Below, piece after piece: positions 30,773-40,511 of a DNA stretch of 64,000 bases. The translations under genes and the position numbers were made by a program. This DNA comes from Candidatus Bathyarchaeota archaeon (GTDB taxonomy: Archaea; Thermoproteota; Bathyarchaeia; 40CM-2-53-6): NCBI GenBank assembly GCA_963833125.1, contig CAWHWX010000016.1:128001-192000 (forward strand), read 5' to 3'. Below the pieces are notes generated by a model. The model was not told the origin of the DNA and did not search any database. It saw only the letters and a list, made by a program, of their open reading frames with translations. Each line of letters opens with the position of its first letter. Position 1 is the stretch's first letter.

Positions 30773-32061
30773 TTATCTGTTCTGTGTGCCACGTCGCTTT
30801 GGCGTGTAGATCGTAAATACCCCTTTCCACATCGCGTCGTACGCTCTACTCATAGTTTCTGTGAACCGGTTGCTGTTTGTCCAAAATCCAACATCGGCTC
30901 CGACATCTGGGCTGTTGTCGTCTGGTAGCCTTTCGTAGAGCATTAGCTCTCGTTGATTGACGATAGCCATTCCTGTCGGTCCAAGTGATTCAGAGTAGCG
31001 TAACTCGGAAACTGGGACTAGTTTCCTGGCTCCTTCTGTGTTCTCGCTTGTGATCGGCGCTATTATCCGGATCTTTGCCCGCGTCCCTTTGCCTCTTTCA
31101 ACTGAATGAAATGGAAATCTGCGAGAGCTTGTATGCCCCTCATTGTTGTCCAGATCTCCACGCTCTTGTCCGCCGATTCGATCATTTGGTTGAGCTTTCC
31201 GTTAACTTCGTTTCGTCCTTTGAAAATTCTGAGTTCATCGGGAGGTATGCCTTTCCGCAACGCTTCGATGCGGGCTTCGGATGGCGTTGCAGATGTCCAC
31301 ATTTCGTCAAAGTAGGCTTGGAGGTTACGGACGAAGGCACGGCTATTGATCCAGAGAGCGACTTCCTCCTCCATTCTGGGGGATTCATCAGCCGTGCTTA
31401 TCTCAAATAGAGCCTCGCTGTCGTCGATAATCGACACTCTCGGAATTGGTTTCGCTTTTAGGTCTAAGTGTCGGATCTCAACGTGTTGTCGGAGTTTCTC
31501 AACGATTTCCAGGTTCGGTTGAACGATCGATGTGATCACTCTAACGCGTAGTCCCTCTTTCACGGCGTGGCTTAGCATGTCAAAGAGCCCTGCAGTATCG
31601 GCCCTAACCATCTCGGATGGGGAGAGGACTGTCATGACTGATTTCTGGGCCCCCGAGCATATCCCCTGCAGTCTCTGCTCAATCCGAAGTCTACCCTCGA
31701 CCACTTGAAACCGCTCCACTTCGTGCGTAACCGGTTCCACACGGACAACGTCAAATTGGCGGCGCAGTGCTTCCCCTCGCTGCTCGAGAATCCTCAACCT
31801 TGCCTTTCGTTCCTCGATGAGAATGCTCAAGCACCTGTCAAAGGGCACAGATTGCAATCGTACAGGCCTCTCCAGAGTTGCCTCCACGAGCGCACGTCTC
31901 TGAAGGTTCCTTATGGTTCGATATGTCTCGGTCCGGTTGATCATGACGGCACGCGCGACTTCGCTAGCCTTGGACGGGCCGGTCTTCGCCAAGAAAACCA
32001 ATACTCGAGCTTCGTTTCGGGTCAATCCATATTCCTGTAGCTCCGCGACAATATCACTCAT
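30773..32061 (-). CDS. TrmB-family transcriptional regulator with tandem effector domains (frameshift near 31080)
   Basis: GLT.NEARV..FL HTH; two RVRVI...I.D..E PLD-like domains, each ending in a W.N...F/Y..MW pattern. Confidence 0.88.
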
Positions 32062-32283
32062 CGCCTGGATCTGAACTGCGCTTGATGTACTCGTGGAGGG
32101 TTCACCTTATCGATGTGTCTGGTACGCCGGCGACACGGGAATATAAACAGAGGCTACATGTGTTCGAGGCCCTCGACGCTAATGCGCACTCAAGGTGTGG
32201 TCCCCGTCTAACAGGGTGTGGCCCACCCTGAATGCCAAATGGTAGTTTCGCTGGGCTATGGGGCTAGAAATTACTGGTGATTG

Positions 32284-34296
32284 CTATGCGGGTGCGGTTT
32301 GTACTCGGGTGTATGTTCTGATGATCCCGTAGGGTTTGAATGCGATGCCGCTTCCTTCGTAGAACTTAAGGAACCATTCTACCCAGTGGAGTCGAAGAGT
32401 CTGCATGAAAACGAACGCAGTCTCTAGTATCATGATCAGGATTGTTGTTAGAGCCGCGAACAGTATCCATCCTAAAGCGTCGCCGGCTAGGCTTCCCCAA
32501 GCCATGAAGAAGACTAGTACTCCAAGGAACAAGTGGAAGAATACGTCCTCGATGAGTTTCATTGCGAGTATTCGAACGTAGGAGATTGTGTGAGATAGGG
32601 ACGCGAGTAACGCTTCAAAAGCGTCCATCAAACCCATCGGCCCTTCAGCCCAGAGCTTTACCACGAGCATCGCTATGAGTGGGACTCCCATTCGCAAGAA
32701 TACGTCCATGCCATTGTTCGGGTTGAAGAGGTAGTTGGGGAAGCGCAACCCGTATTGTAGCAAAGTGATACCGAACGCTGCGTAGAACCAGAGCCAAACT
32801 AAGGGACCGGACACAAGTTCGCGGTATGCGCGAACGTATAGATCGTCGACTATTTTCAGTACCATACCGGACATTATGTGGATCACGCCGATTGTTATGG
32901 ATAGTCTCAGCATTAGTCGTATGTTGCTGAATGGCTCGAACCATAGAGGGCCGGGGAGACCGGTAACCATCCTAAACCATTCTACATTTCCGAATATTGT
33001 TCCATACAAGAATCCAACAACAAGAGAGGAGAAGCCGCTCAAAATCAACAAGGGTGAACCCTGGATTACCAGGCTGAAAACGCCACCCATTCCGCCGTAC
33101 GCGTTATCGGGGATTTTCAGTCCCCTTCTCTTGAAGAAGTAAATGATGCTTGATGCGATTATCACTACAATTCCGTTGCCTACATCACCGAACATAAGGC
33201 CGAAAAAGAGCGGGTAGGTTACTAGCCACAGAATGGTCGGGTCAATCTCATCGCTCTTTGGTACTCCGAAGCCGAGCGTTAGTTTCTCAAACGTGGCTAA
33301 GATGGGGCTCTTTGGATTTTGGAGTTGTGTTGGCGCGTCTTTCGCAGGCCAGTCCTTGATAATTGCTTCGTCTGCGCATATCGATTTGAGGTCATTCCTG
33401 ATCTTCTTTACTCTTGAAGACGGGATCCATCCTTCTATCATGGACGTCGATTCGGTCTTACCGCAGTAGCCCTTTGCCTGTTCCAGGGCTCTTTCCGCGC
33501 CAATGACCTCTCTCTGTATTAGCAGGTATTCTCCATCTTTCCGGCTGATATCAGCAAGGTTTGCGTTCAATTCCTTCAGACGGGTACGCGCAACTTCAAT
33601 CCTACTTGTTGCTTCGTATTGGAGGTTTTTCTTGCGTGAAATTGCTTTCAGCTTCAGGCCTAATGTGTTAGTAATCGTGTCGGCGATGGCTGCGGGATCT
33701 CGTTTCGTTGCCATAATTTTAGCGACGTTGTCTGATATGTCCTTGACGACCGCTTCTTCCATTGCCTTCGCTTCCACAGCGTCCGTCACTTTGAGTTCTG
33801 TCGGTTTCAGCGTCTGGAAGATGGTGGTCACGATCTCTTCCAGTTTGTGTCGGCCTTCGGGGGAATCTACGTTGTCGATTTTCGCTATTTCTTCAATGCT
33901 CAGTTTGAGTTGACGTTCCGCGTAGTTGATGAGCGCCTCGAGGGATTGTGCTTCATTCGCGAGAATGGTTACTTGTTGTTCTAATTCCGATACTTTCTTT
34001 TCGACTTCGGTCAAGTGTTCATCGGAGACACGTCGTTCGACTGGGACTGGTTTCGCACGCGGCTCGTTGAATCGCAGGGCCGTGATGACGGAATTAATCT
34101 TTGATTCCAGGGTCGTTAGACGGTAGAGCCTATCTGAAACGGGAGTAGAGGTAACGCCTCCTCCATATCCTTTGATCATTTCCTTAACGTCAAGGAGCTC
34201 GACGGCATTCTGCTCTCGGAGGTAGAGCATCACGTCTTCGAAATTTCTCTTGGGTACAATTATCTCGACGCGTCTCATCTTAGTTGGTAATAACAA
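32284..34296 (-). CDS. atpI: A/V-type ATP synthase subunit I (a), stand-alone
   Basis: EGWIP, PTQLQNP, EIDPT, FFGLMFGD.G, SYVRI and LRLHWVEWF.KFY.G. Confidence 0.93.
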   Translation of the reverse strand: MLLPTKMRRVEIIVPKRNFEDVMLYLREQNAVELLDVKEMIKGYGGGVTSTPVSDRLYRLTTLESKINSVITALRFNEPRAKPVPVERRVSDEHLTEVEKKVSELEQQVTILANEAQSLEALINYAERQLKLSIEEIAKIDNVDSPEGRHKLEEIVTTIFQTLKPTELKVTDAVEAKAMEEAVVKDISDNVAKIMATKRDPAAIADTITNTLGLKLKAISRKKNLQYEATSRIEVARTRLKELNANLADISRKDGEYLLIQREVIGAERALEQAKGYCGKTESTSMIEGWIPSSRVKKIRNDLKSICADEAIIKDWPAKDAPTQLQNPKSPILATFEKLTLGFGVPKSDEIDPTILWLVTYPLFFGLMFGDVGNGIVVIIASSIIYFFKRRGLKIPDNAYGGMGGVFSLVIQGSPLLILSGFSSLVVGFLYGTIFGNVEWFRMVTGLPGPLWFEPFSNIRLMLRLSITIGVIHIMSGMVLKIVDDLYVRAYRELVSGPLVWLWFYAAFGITLLQYGLRFPNYLFNPNNGMDVFLRMGVPLIAMLVVKLWAEGPMGLMDAFEALLASLSHTISYVRILAMKLIEDVFFHLFLGVLVFFMAWGSLAGDALGWILFAALTTILIMILETAFVFMQTLRLHWVEWFLKFYEGSGIAFKPYGIIRTYTRVQTAPA

Positions 34297-34329
34297 GAGG
34301 TACTCTTTCCTGACTCTTCTGATGTCTGA

Positions 34330-35487
34330 TTAGGTTTCTGAGTTTTCCCTCTGGCGGACTCGTCGCGGTTTCTGTTTGTCGGTCATCAGCCGTTTAAGTC
34401 TGTCCGTTATAAGGTCGTATACTGCCGGAAGTTCCCAGCCTTCATCGGAGTAGCTGAAGGAATCCACTGGAGTTCGGATTTGAACCGTAACTTCGTAACG
34501 GCCTCTGTCTCTTCCAGCCTTGAATTTCGATTTGATGACAGACCTCGCTTCGAGAATGTCCGGAAAGACTTTGTGTAATTGATTGACGGCTCGTTTGAAC
34601 TTAGTTTTCGTCGCTTCGGCTTCGAACGGATCTTCAGGAAGGCCGACGATGAATACTGGAAAGTCGGGTGCTGGTTCAACTTCGGCGAGGAGTGTCATAA
34701 AGTCTCGTTGAGTAGAAATTGCTTGGAGTTCCTCCCATTGAGTGACTAAAATGCAGGTCCTTTCATTCTTCAAGATCGACTCGAGTGCATGCTCTGCGGT
34801 CGCATCGGGGGGACAGGTTAGCGGGGTCTTGTCCATCGTGTCTCCAGCGCGAAAGTCCAAGCTGCTCTTAGTGTCAGGTATAATGGACTTACTACCAACG
34901 TGTTCGGGTGGCTTCAATCTCGAAACGATGTGAGATGAGGTAAGTAGTCCAACGATCCGTTTGTCATGGATCACCGGCAAGTGATCAATGCGTTTTCTAA
35001 CTAGCAGTTCCCTAGCCTTCCCGACGGGATCATCCTCCTGAATCGTGATTGGGTTCTCCGTTGCCAATGAAGTAATCTTGAGGTCCTCGCCAATTCTCCC
35101 TCTGAGTTCTCGGAGAAGGGCCATGCAGTTCACTTGACCAACGACCTTCCGACCATCCGAGATGGGAGTCGCTCTGATTCTATAGTCTGCCATCAGTCTA
35201 GCAACTTCCTGAACTAGCGCTTCCTTACGGAGAACAGGAATGTATGAAACTAAGGCTGATGGTTTTGTCGCTTCGATGCTTGTTGCTTTAAGGAGTTCCC
35301 TCGCTGAAATCATGCCGCATCGAGTCCCTTCCGGGAGGAAGACTTGGTAGGCTCCTCGATCTTGGAGCAATCCTAAGATTTTAGAAAGTGTGGCATCTGG
35401 GGGAGACTCGACTAGCGGAGTAACTAGATTGTCGATAGATCGTGTTTTGAGTTCGTCGACATATTTCGGTAACGATGTAACGGACAA
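34330..35487 (-). CDS. 4xCBS protein with C-terminal HPF/RaiA-like domain (archaeal ribosome hibernation factor-like)
   Basis: Four CBS repeats followed by a ~100-aa beta-alpha-beta-beta-beta-alpha domain (YEVTVQIRT...EGWELP..YD....LKR). Confidence 0.75.
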   Translation of the reverse strand: MSVTSLPKYVDELKTRSIDNLVTPLVESPPDATLSKILGLLQDRGAYQVFLPEGTRCGMISARELLKATSIEATKPSALVSYIPVLRKEALVQEVARLMADYRIRATPISDGRKVVGQVNCMALLRELRGRIGEDLKITSLATENPITIQEDDPVGKARELLVRKRIDHLPVIHDKRIVGLLTSSHIVSRLKPPEHVGSKSIIPDTKSSLDFRAGDTMDKTPLTCPPDATAEHALESILKNERTCILVTQWEELQAISTQRDFMTLLAEVEPAPDFPVFIVGLPEDPFEAEATKTKFKRAVNQLHKVFPDILEARSVIKSKFKAGRDRGRYEVTVQIRTPVDSFSYSDEGWELPAVYDLITDRLKRLMTDKQKPRRVRQRENSET

Positions 35488-35501
35488 GAGCTCGAATCAT
35501 C

Positions 35502-36980
35502 CTAAACCTTGAGTTCTTCTCGTTTCCCTACCGCACCGTGCTCTAACAAATAAGTTCCATAGTAGCTCAACGCCCAAAGGGCGCGAGCAGCTCTTTCCGG
35601 CACTGAATAAGCTGGCAGGCCGTGTTTCTCAAACGACATTCTCATCGTCTGCGCCATCTCCGTCGCACCCATGTCGCACGCCATGACAGGTTTCCCATAT
35701 TTCGCTACGGTCTTCGCGATCTTGTCGGGTACGTCATCGAGTATGGTTGGTGCGTGGTGTAGGCTTATTATTATCAGTCCTCCGATTTCCGGATCTTCCA
35801 GAATGGTTGATGCTGCTAAGGCGAACATCTCGCTTGTGGCTTCTGCTGAGAGATCTATAGGGTTGAAACCTGATTGAACTGGGAGGAGTAGCTTCTTAGC
35901 CTTGTACTCGGAGAATTTCGCTATGATGCGGTCGGGGAACCTCTGTACCAGAAGTCCCGACTCCTCTAGGGCATCCGCCACGATTATCCCGGGTCCGCCA
36001 GCATTCGTTATGACGGCCATATTTTTCGTATAGGTCGGTGGTTGTAGAGCTAATGCGCGGCCGAAGTCGAAAAGTTCTTCAACATTTCGGACCCTGATAA
36101 TCCCGGCTTGCTTGAATGCGCCGTCGTAAATCTGATCCATTCCCGCGAGTGCTGCAGTGTGAGAGGCCGTAGCTCTTGTGCCCGCTTCAGTTCTTCCTGC
36201 TTTTAGGGCGACAATCGGTTTTCTCTTTGATGTCTCCTCAGCTCTGAAGAGAAAATCTCTTGCTCTCGCGAGTCCTTCAACATACATTAGAATTGCTTTC
36301 GTTTTTAGGTCATTCTCGAAGTAACCGAGAAGTTCATCTTCGGTCACGTCGCATCTGTTGCCATAACTCACGAATCCTCTTATCCCCATCCCATGTCCGG
36401 CCATGTAATCTAGGGCGGCTGCTCCGAAGGCTCCGCTTTGTGTCAGAAACGAGACCGAACCTGGCCTTGGACGCGGGGTGGCGACGACTTCGCGGCCGTC
36501 GGAGAGGAACTTGTGTTCCGGGAGGAAGAGAGTGTCCATTCCAGTATAGGCGTCATATATTCCGAGGCAGTTCGGGCCTATCACTCGTACACCGTGCTTC
36601 CGCGCTGCTTTCACCAATTCCTCTTCTAGGTCTCTATATCCAACCTCCGCAAACCCGGATGATATTACGATCGCTGCTTTAGCGCCGCATTGTCCTGCTT
36701 CCTCAATTACTGCAGGTATGCCTGGAGCGGGAATCGCAACTACTACGGTTTCCACCTGTTCTGGGATTGCCGAAATAGAAGCGTAGCATTTCTCGCCTAG
36801 AATCTCTTGATGCTTTGGGTTTACTAAACGGACCTGACCCTTGAAAATGCCTCTACTTCGGTTTGTGACCATATTCTCCGCAATTACATACCCTATTCTG
36901 CTTGGGGTTGCGGAAGCGCCGATGATTGCCAAAGATTTTGGTTCAAAAAAAGAATTTAGGCTGCTATCTTCTTCAGATAT
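35502..36980 (-). CDS. acdA: ADP-forming acetyl/acyl-CoA synthetase alpha subunit
   Basis: FFEPKS.AIIGAS, GPNCLG, QSGA, SHTAALAG (phospho-His), NAGGPG and NPIDL; start codon uncertain. Confidence 0.93.
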   Translation of the reverse strand: MSEEDSSLNSFFEPKSLAIIGASATPSRIGYVIAENMVTNRSRGIFKGQVRLVNPKHQEILGEKCYASISAIPEQVETVVVAIPAPGIPAVIEEAGQCGAKAAIVISSGFAEVGYRDLEEELVKAARKHGVRVIGPNCLGIYDAYTGMDTLFLPEHKFLSDGREVVATPRPRPGSVSFLTQSGAFGAAALDYMAGHGMGIRGFVSYGNRCDVTEDELLGYFENDLKTKAILMYVEGLARARDFLFRAEETSKRKPIVALKAGRTEAGTRATASHTAALAGMDQIYDGAFKQAGIIRVRNVEELFDFGRALALQPPTYTKNMAVITNAGGPGIIVADALEESGLLVQRFPDRIIAKFSEYKAKKLLLPVQSGFNPIDLSAEATSEMFALAASTILEDPEIGGLIIISLHHAPTILDDVPDKIAKTVAKYGKPVMACDMGATEMAQTMRMSFEKHGLPAYSVPERAARALWALSYYGTYLLEHGAVGKREELKV

Positions 36981-38050
36981 TGAGTGTCTCCCCCGCCCTT
37001 ATGCTCTTTCCAGAATTGAGACACTTCGGTGTTGTTTTCAAGATACCGGTTCAATGCTACCTCAGAAACCATCTGTGATAGGCGGGAGATTTGAGCGAGG
37101 TCCCATACTATTCCTCTGAGCACTATGCAGAGCTTCCGGTTTTGTACGGATGAGATAACGAGTTCGGTGAGTTTCTTCTGTTCCTCTTCGATTCTCTTGG
37201 AGCGTTCAATGGTCCGATTTGTTAGCTCTACATCCAACATGCTGAAGGAATTCATTGCATCATTGGAAGTCGCAAGAGTCTCGGCTCCGAACTTAGACAC
37301 TTCGTCTATGATTGACGAATATTCGGTGTACTTCTCCTCAGACATGGTTATTATTTGATTAGCAATTGACTCGCTGCAATCGGCCATTTCCTCTAAGTAT
37401 TTTGATACGGCTCTATAACCGACGGCATGTGTTGCAGATTCGATACCAACATGCCTTGATAGTGGAATCCTAGAGATAGCACGAAAGATCTGGCGTAATA
37501 TCAACCAGTAAAGTCGGTCGGCTTCGTTCTCAAGCTCCAGAACTTCTAACGCGAGAGCGAACTTGCGGTCCGTTAGTGCTTGGAGAGCTGTTTCGAGCAT
37601 TGAGACTGAGACCTTGTGGAGACGCGAGAGGAGGCCGGTGATTGGAAACTTTGATGGGTCCAGAAAGCATTGGATCACCGTTTCTTTCGGAGTCTGTTCG
37701 ACGATGCCTAACCCGCTTAGTCGCCTTGTTGAGTTGCGAATTGCGTTGAGTTGTTCAGGAGTCAGTTCTGTAGTTGAGGAAACAATCGTTGTGTCGCGTC
37801 CTAGTATGTAGTTGCCTGTAATCATTCTTGCGAGAAGTTCGCTGTCTTTGCAAATGTCGGCATTGATCTTGCAAATCGTCATTTCGTCAGATTCGATCTC
37901 GCTACCTGGAGTGACGACCAGTTCTCCGAACTCGGAAAGTCGAAGCGTAACTACGCCGCCTCGCCTGAGCCCAACTTGTCTTACCCAATCCCGGGGGAGT
38001 GAGACCGTTAGGGTTGAGTGCCCAACCCGTTGAACCTTTCTGATTTCCAA
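36956..38050 (-). CDS. AbrB-PhoU-like transcriptional regulator (paralog 1)
   Basis: RKVQRVGHSTLTVSLPRDWV AbrB domain followed by two PhoU helical repeats (ADRLYWL). Confidence 0.9.
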   Translation of the reverse strand: MEIRKVQRVGHSTLTVSLPRDWVRQVGLRRGGVVTLRLSEFGELVVTPGSEIESDEMTICKINADICKDSELLARMITGNYILGRDTTIVSSTTELTPEQLNAIRNSTRRLSGLGIVEQTPKETVIQCFLDPSKFPITGLLSRLHKVSVSMLETALQALTDRKFALALEVLELENEADRLYWLILRQIFRAISRIPLSRHVGIESATHAVGYRAVSKYLEEMADCSESIANQIITMSEEKYTEYSSIIDEVSKFGAETLATSNDAMNSFSMLDVELTNRTIERSKRIEEEQKKLTELVISSVQNRKLCIVLRGIVWDLAQISRLSQMVSEVALNRYLENNTEVSQFWKEHKGGGDTQYLKKIAA

Positions 38051-38195
38051 TCTCCTTCACTCAGATAATTGTGCTCACTGCGGACTTGACACTGCTTGAA
38101 GTGGCTCCTGAAGCGCTGTTATATATTCCGCCGTAATTCTATATAGAGATTAGACGCGTAATAAGATGCCATACAATCTTCGGAGAATCGCTCTC

Positions 38196-38603
38196 CTACC
38201 CAGGCCCGCTCGTCCGCACTCTCGCAGTGGCTGAGGGAGCTAGCATACGGACCTTCGTGATGAGGCATTCATCTCCGCCTTCCAAGATTAGAGTCGTACC
38301 ACACTGGGGGCAGGTCATTTGTGGGAGGCTAAAATGGAATGAGAGGTCGTTAGTTTCTAGTTTTTCAGCGTAGCTGCAGTTTGTACACCTAGCATTTCCC
38401 GACGTCTCTTCAACCTCCAAAAGTGATCCTTCGAGCGCCGTACCCTTGGAGAGAATTTCGTACGAGAATTTCAATTGGTCGATCGATAGAACCCTCAGTT
38501 TTCCGACTCTGAGGTGAACCGCTAGGACCCTATTTGCAGACTGCTGTTCGGCGAGTTCGAGAAGAGTATCAACAAGTGAGGTTGCGATTGCAAGCTCATG
38601 CAC
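38196..38603 (-). CDS. hypA: Hydrogenase nickel metallochaperone HypA
   Basis: MHELAIA start and two CxxC motifs. Confidence 0.95.
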   Translation of the reverse strand: MHELAIATSLVDTLLELAEQQSANRVLAVHLRVGKLRVLSIDQLKFSYEILSKGTALEGSLLEVEETSGNARCTNCSYAEKLETNDLSFHFSLPQMTCPQCGTTLILEGGDECLITKVRMLAPSATARVRTSGPG

Positions 38604-38615
38604 GTGAAGAACCTG

Positions 38616-39323
38616 CTATCCGTTCCTCAACCCGAGCTTCTCAATTACCTCGTTAATCCCGGTCCCGTTCCTGCAGCTCGTGTGGACCGTAGCTGCTTTA
38701 GGATTGAGGCGAGCGACATCGGCGCTAAGCTTGTTCGGGTCGACTCCCATGGCTGCCGCAACATCGATCTTGTTGATCGCAACGACCTTTGCGTCTAGGA
38801 ACATCATCGGATGTTTGACTACCATGTAGGGTCCTTCAGTTACGCTAATGACCACTAATCTCCTGTCTGATCCCAGTGGAAACTCGGCCGGGCAGATGAG
38901 GTTTCCAACGTTCTCAATGAAAATCAAGTCAAGCCTATCCAGGGGGATTTTATCCAACGCCTTTCGTATGAGGTTCGCATCCAGATGGCATTCTTTGCCC
39001 GTGTTGACTTGAACTGTAGGTACTCCCTCTGAGGAGATAATGTCCGAGTCGATCGTGGTTGTGACGTCTCCCTCAATTACTGCAATACGGAGGTTTTTCT
39101 TGAGTTGCGATATCATCAATTTAATCAGAGAAGTCTTACCTGATCCCACGGAGCCCATAACGTCTACTGCGTGAACTCCTTTTGAGTCCAATCTGCTCTT
39201 GTTCTCTTTCGCTATTCGTTCATTTTCTCTGAGTATGTTGACTTCCAGTTCCACGTCGAAAACCTCGCCTTCTGCGGAAGTCACTACTTCGACTGGTTTC
39301 GCCAAGCTAATTCCACACTCCAA
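38616..39323 (-). CDS. hypB: Hydrogenase nickel incorporation GTPase HypB
   Basis: GSGKT, CHLDA, ENVGNLICPA and NKID. Confidence 0.96.
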   Translation of the reverse strand: MECGISLAKPVEVVTSAEGEVFDVELEVNILRENERIAKENKSRLDSKGVHAVDVMGSVGSGKTSLIKLMISQLKKNLRIAVIEGDVTTTIDSDIISSEGVPTVQVNTGKECHLDANLIRKALDKIPLDRLDLIFIENVGNLICPAEFPLGSDRRLVVISVTEGPYMVVKHPMMFLDAKVVAINKIDVAAAMGVDPNKLSADVARLNPKAATVHTSCRNGTGINEVIEKLGLRNG

Positions 39324-39467
39324 CCACTCTGAGGATCTCGGGTTAAGAAAGTGCTTGGCGGATTTCCAATATCAGTAGCCTTCGGGTGAAACATACCGGT
39401 TTCAAGTTTGAGAACCGCATTACAGACATATAGGGCGCAAACAAGATTCCCAACCAGGCGGTCCACC

Positions 39468-39701
39468 TTGTGCCTTACTATCCCTGGAAAGGTCGTGACG
39501 ATAAGTGGGGAATTTGCATCAGTGGATTACGGCCACGATGGAATCAGGAATAACGTCAATATTTCTCTCGTAAAGGCAAGCTTAGGCAGCTATGTCCTAG
39601 TGCAAAGTGGTTTCGCCGTCAAATTGCTCTCCAAGGAAGAAGCGGCGGAAGCCTTGGATTTGTGGAAGATGATTCGGGAGCTTGATTCCGAAGAGTCATA
39701 A
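39468..39701 (+). CDS. hypC: Hydrogenase assembly chaperone HypC
   Basis: TTG start giving MCLTIPGKV...G.YVLV..GFA. Confidence 0.92.
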   Translation: MCLTIPGKVVTISGEFASVDYGHDGIRNNVNISLVKASLGSYVLVQSGFAVKLLSKEEAAEALDLWKMIRELDSEES

Positions 39702-39707
39702 CTGGGT

Positions 39708-40493
39708 TTGCAGGTGAGATGGAAGATGGTCGATGGTGCAATTCTAGCTGCACGCCACAGTTTTATGCCTAATCGTTTAGGCTACTGTGGTCCAGACGAA
39801 AATGACGTATTATTCGATTCTTGCCTGACCAACCAGCGCAGCGAGCAACTGGTTGATGCCCTCCAAGGTTTCCAAGCGGCGTATCCATACATACGTTTCA
39901 TAGCGGAATCACTTGGTGCGCAGGATCCTCTGGATTACAGGGCGGTGGAGGCATATTGGATTGGCAACGATTTCCTCCAGAAAATTTCGCCCGGAGATTT
40001 CTATGACCACCTGATTGCTAGGTTCAAGTCGAAGTTTCCAAAGGAGCATATCAAGAAATTCTTTGACGCCCAAACCTTCGCTCCGTTTCCTCACCACGCT
40101 CTCCACGTATTCAACGCATTCTCCACAATGGGAACCGCGCCAGATGCGCTCGCGAGCGGTGTCGGTACAGATGAGACGATTGGCGGCTTGATGGACAAGT
40201 GCCGTATCTCTTGGGGGAGGGTTCTCGAAGTGGATGAATGCGGAGATCTGGTTGTCGAATATGAACCTGTACAGCGACTAGAGGGAAAGCTGAGTTTGGG
40301 AAAGTTGATTCCCACTAAAGTTCTCGCGCAGGTTCAAGGGAAGAGTTTCGTCGGTGCAGTGAAAAAGGAAGACTGGGTTTCATTCCATTGGGGATTCGCA
40401 TGCACCATCCTAACGCCAACTCAGGTCGCGAACCTCAGGAAGTACACTCTATCCGATATGGCCATGGCAAACGCGGTACCGGTCCCACCTTAG
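39708..40493 (+). CDS. DUF6390-like protein (hyp-cluster associated)
   Basis: PN.LGYCGP, AYPY..FIA, VEAYWIGN, PHH..HV, CRISWG and VSFHW..AC motifs. Confidence 0.75.
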   Translation: MQVRWKMVDGAILAARHSFMPNRLGYCGPDENDVLFDSCLTNQRSEQLVDALQGFQAAYPYIRFIAESLGAQDPLDYRAVEAYWIGNDFLQKISPGDFYDHLIARFKSKFPKEHIKKFFDAQTFAPFPHHALHVFNAFSTMGTAPDALASGVGTDETIGGLMDKCRISWGRVLEVDECGDLVVEYEPVQRLEGKLSLGKLIPTKVLAQVQGKSFVGAVKKEDWVSFHWGFACTILTPTQVANLRKYTLSDMAMANAVPVPP

Positions 40494-40511
40494 GCTTGAG
40501 AAGTTCAAGCG

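Noticed and set aside
32210-32232. Hairpin CAGGGTG-tggcc-CACCCTG between trmB and atpI
   Set aside because: Isolated 7-bp stem with no second copy; at most a terminator-like structure
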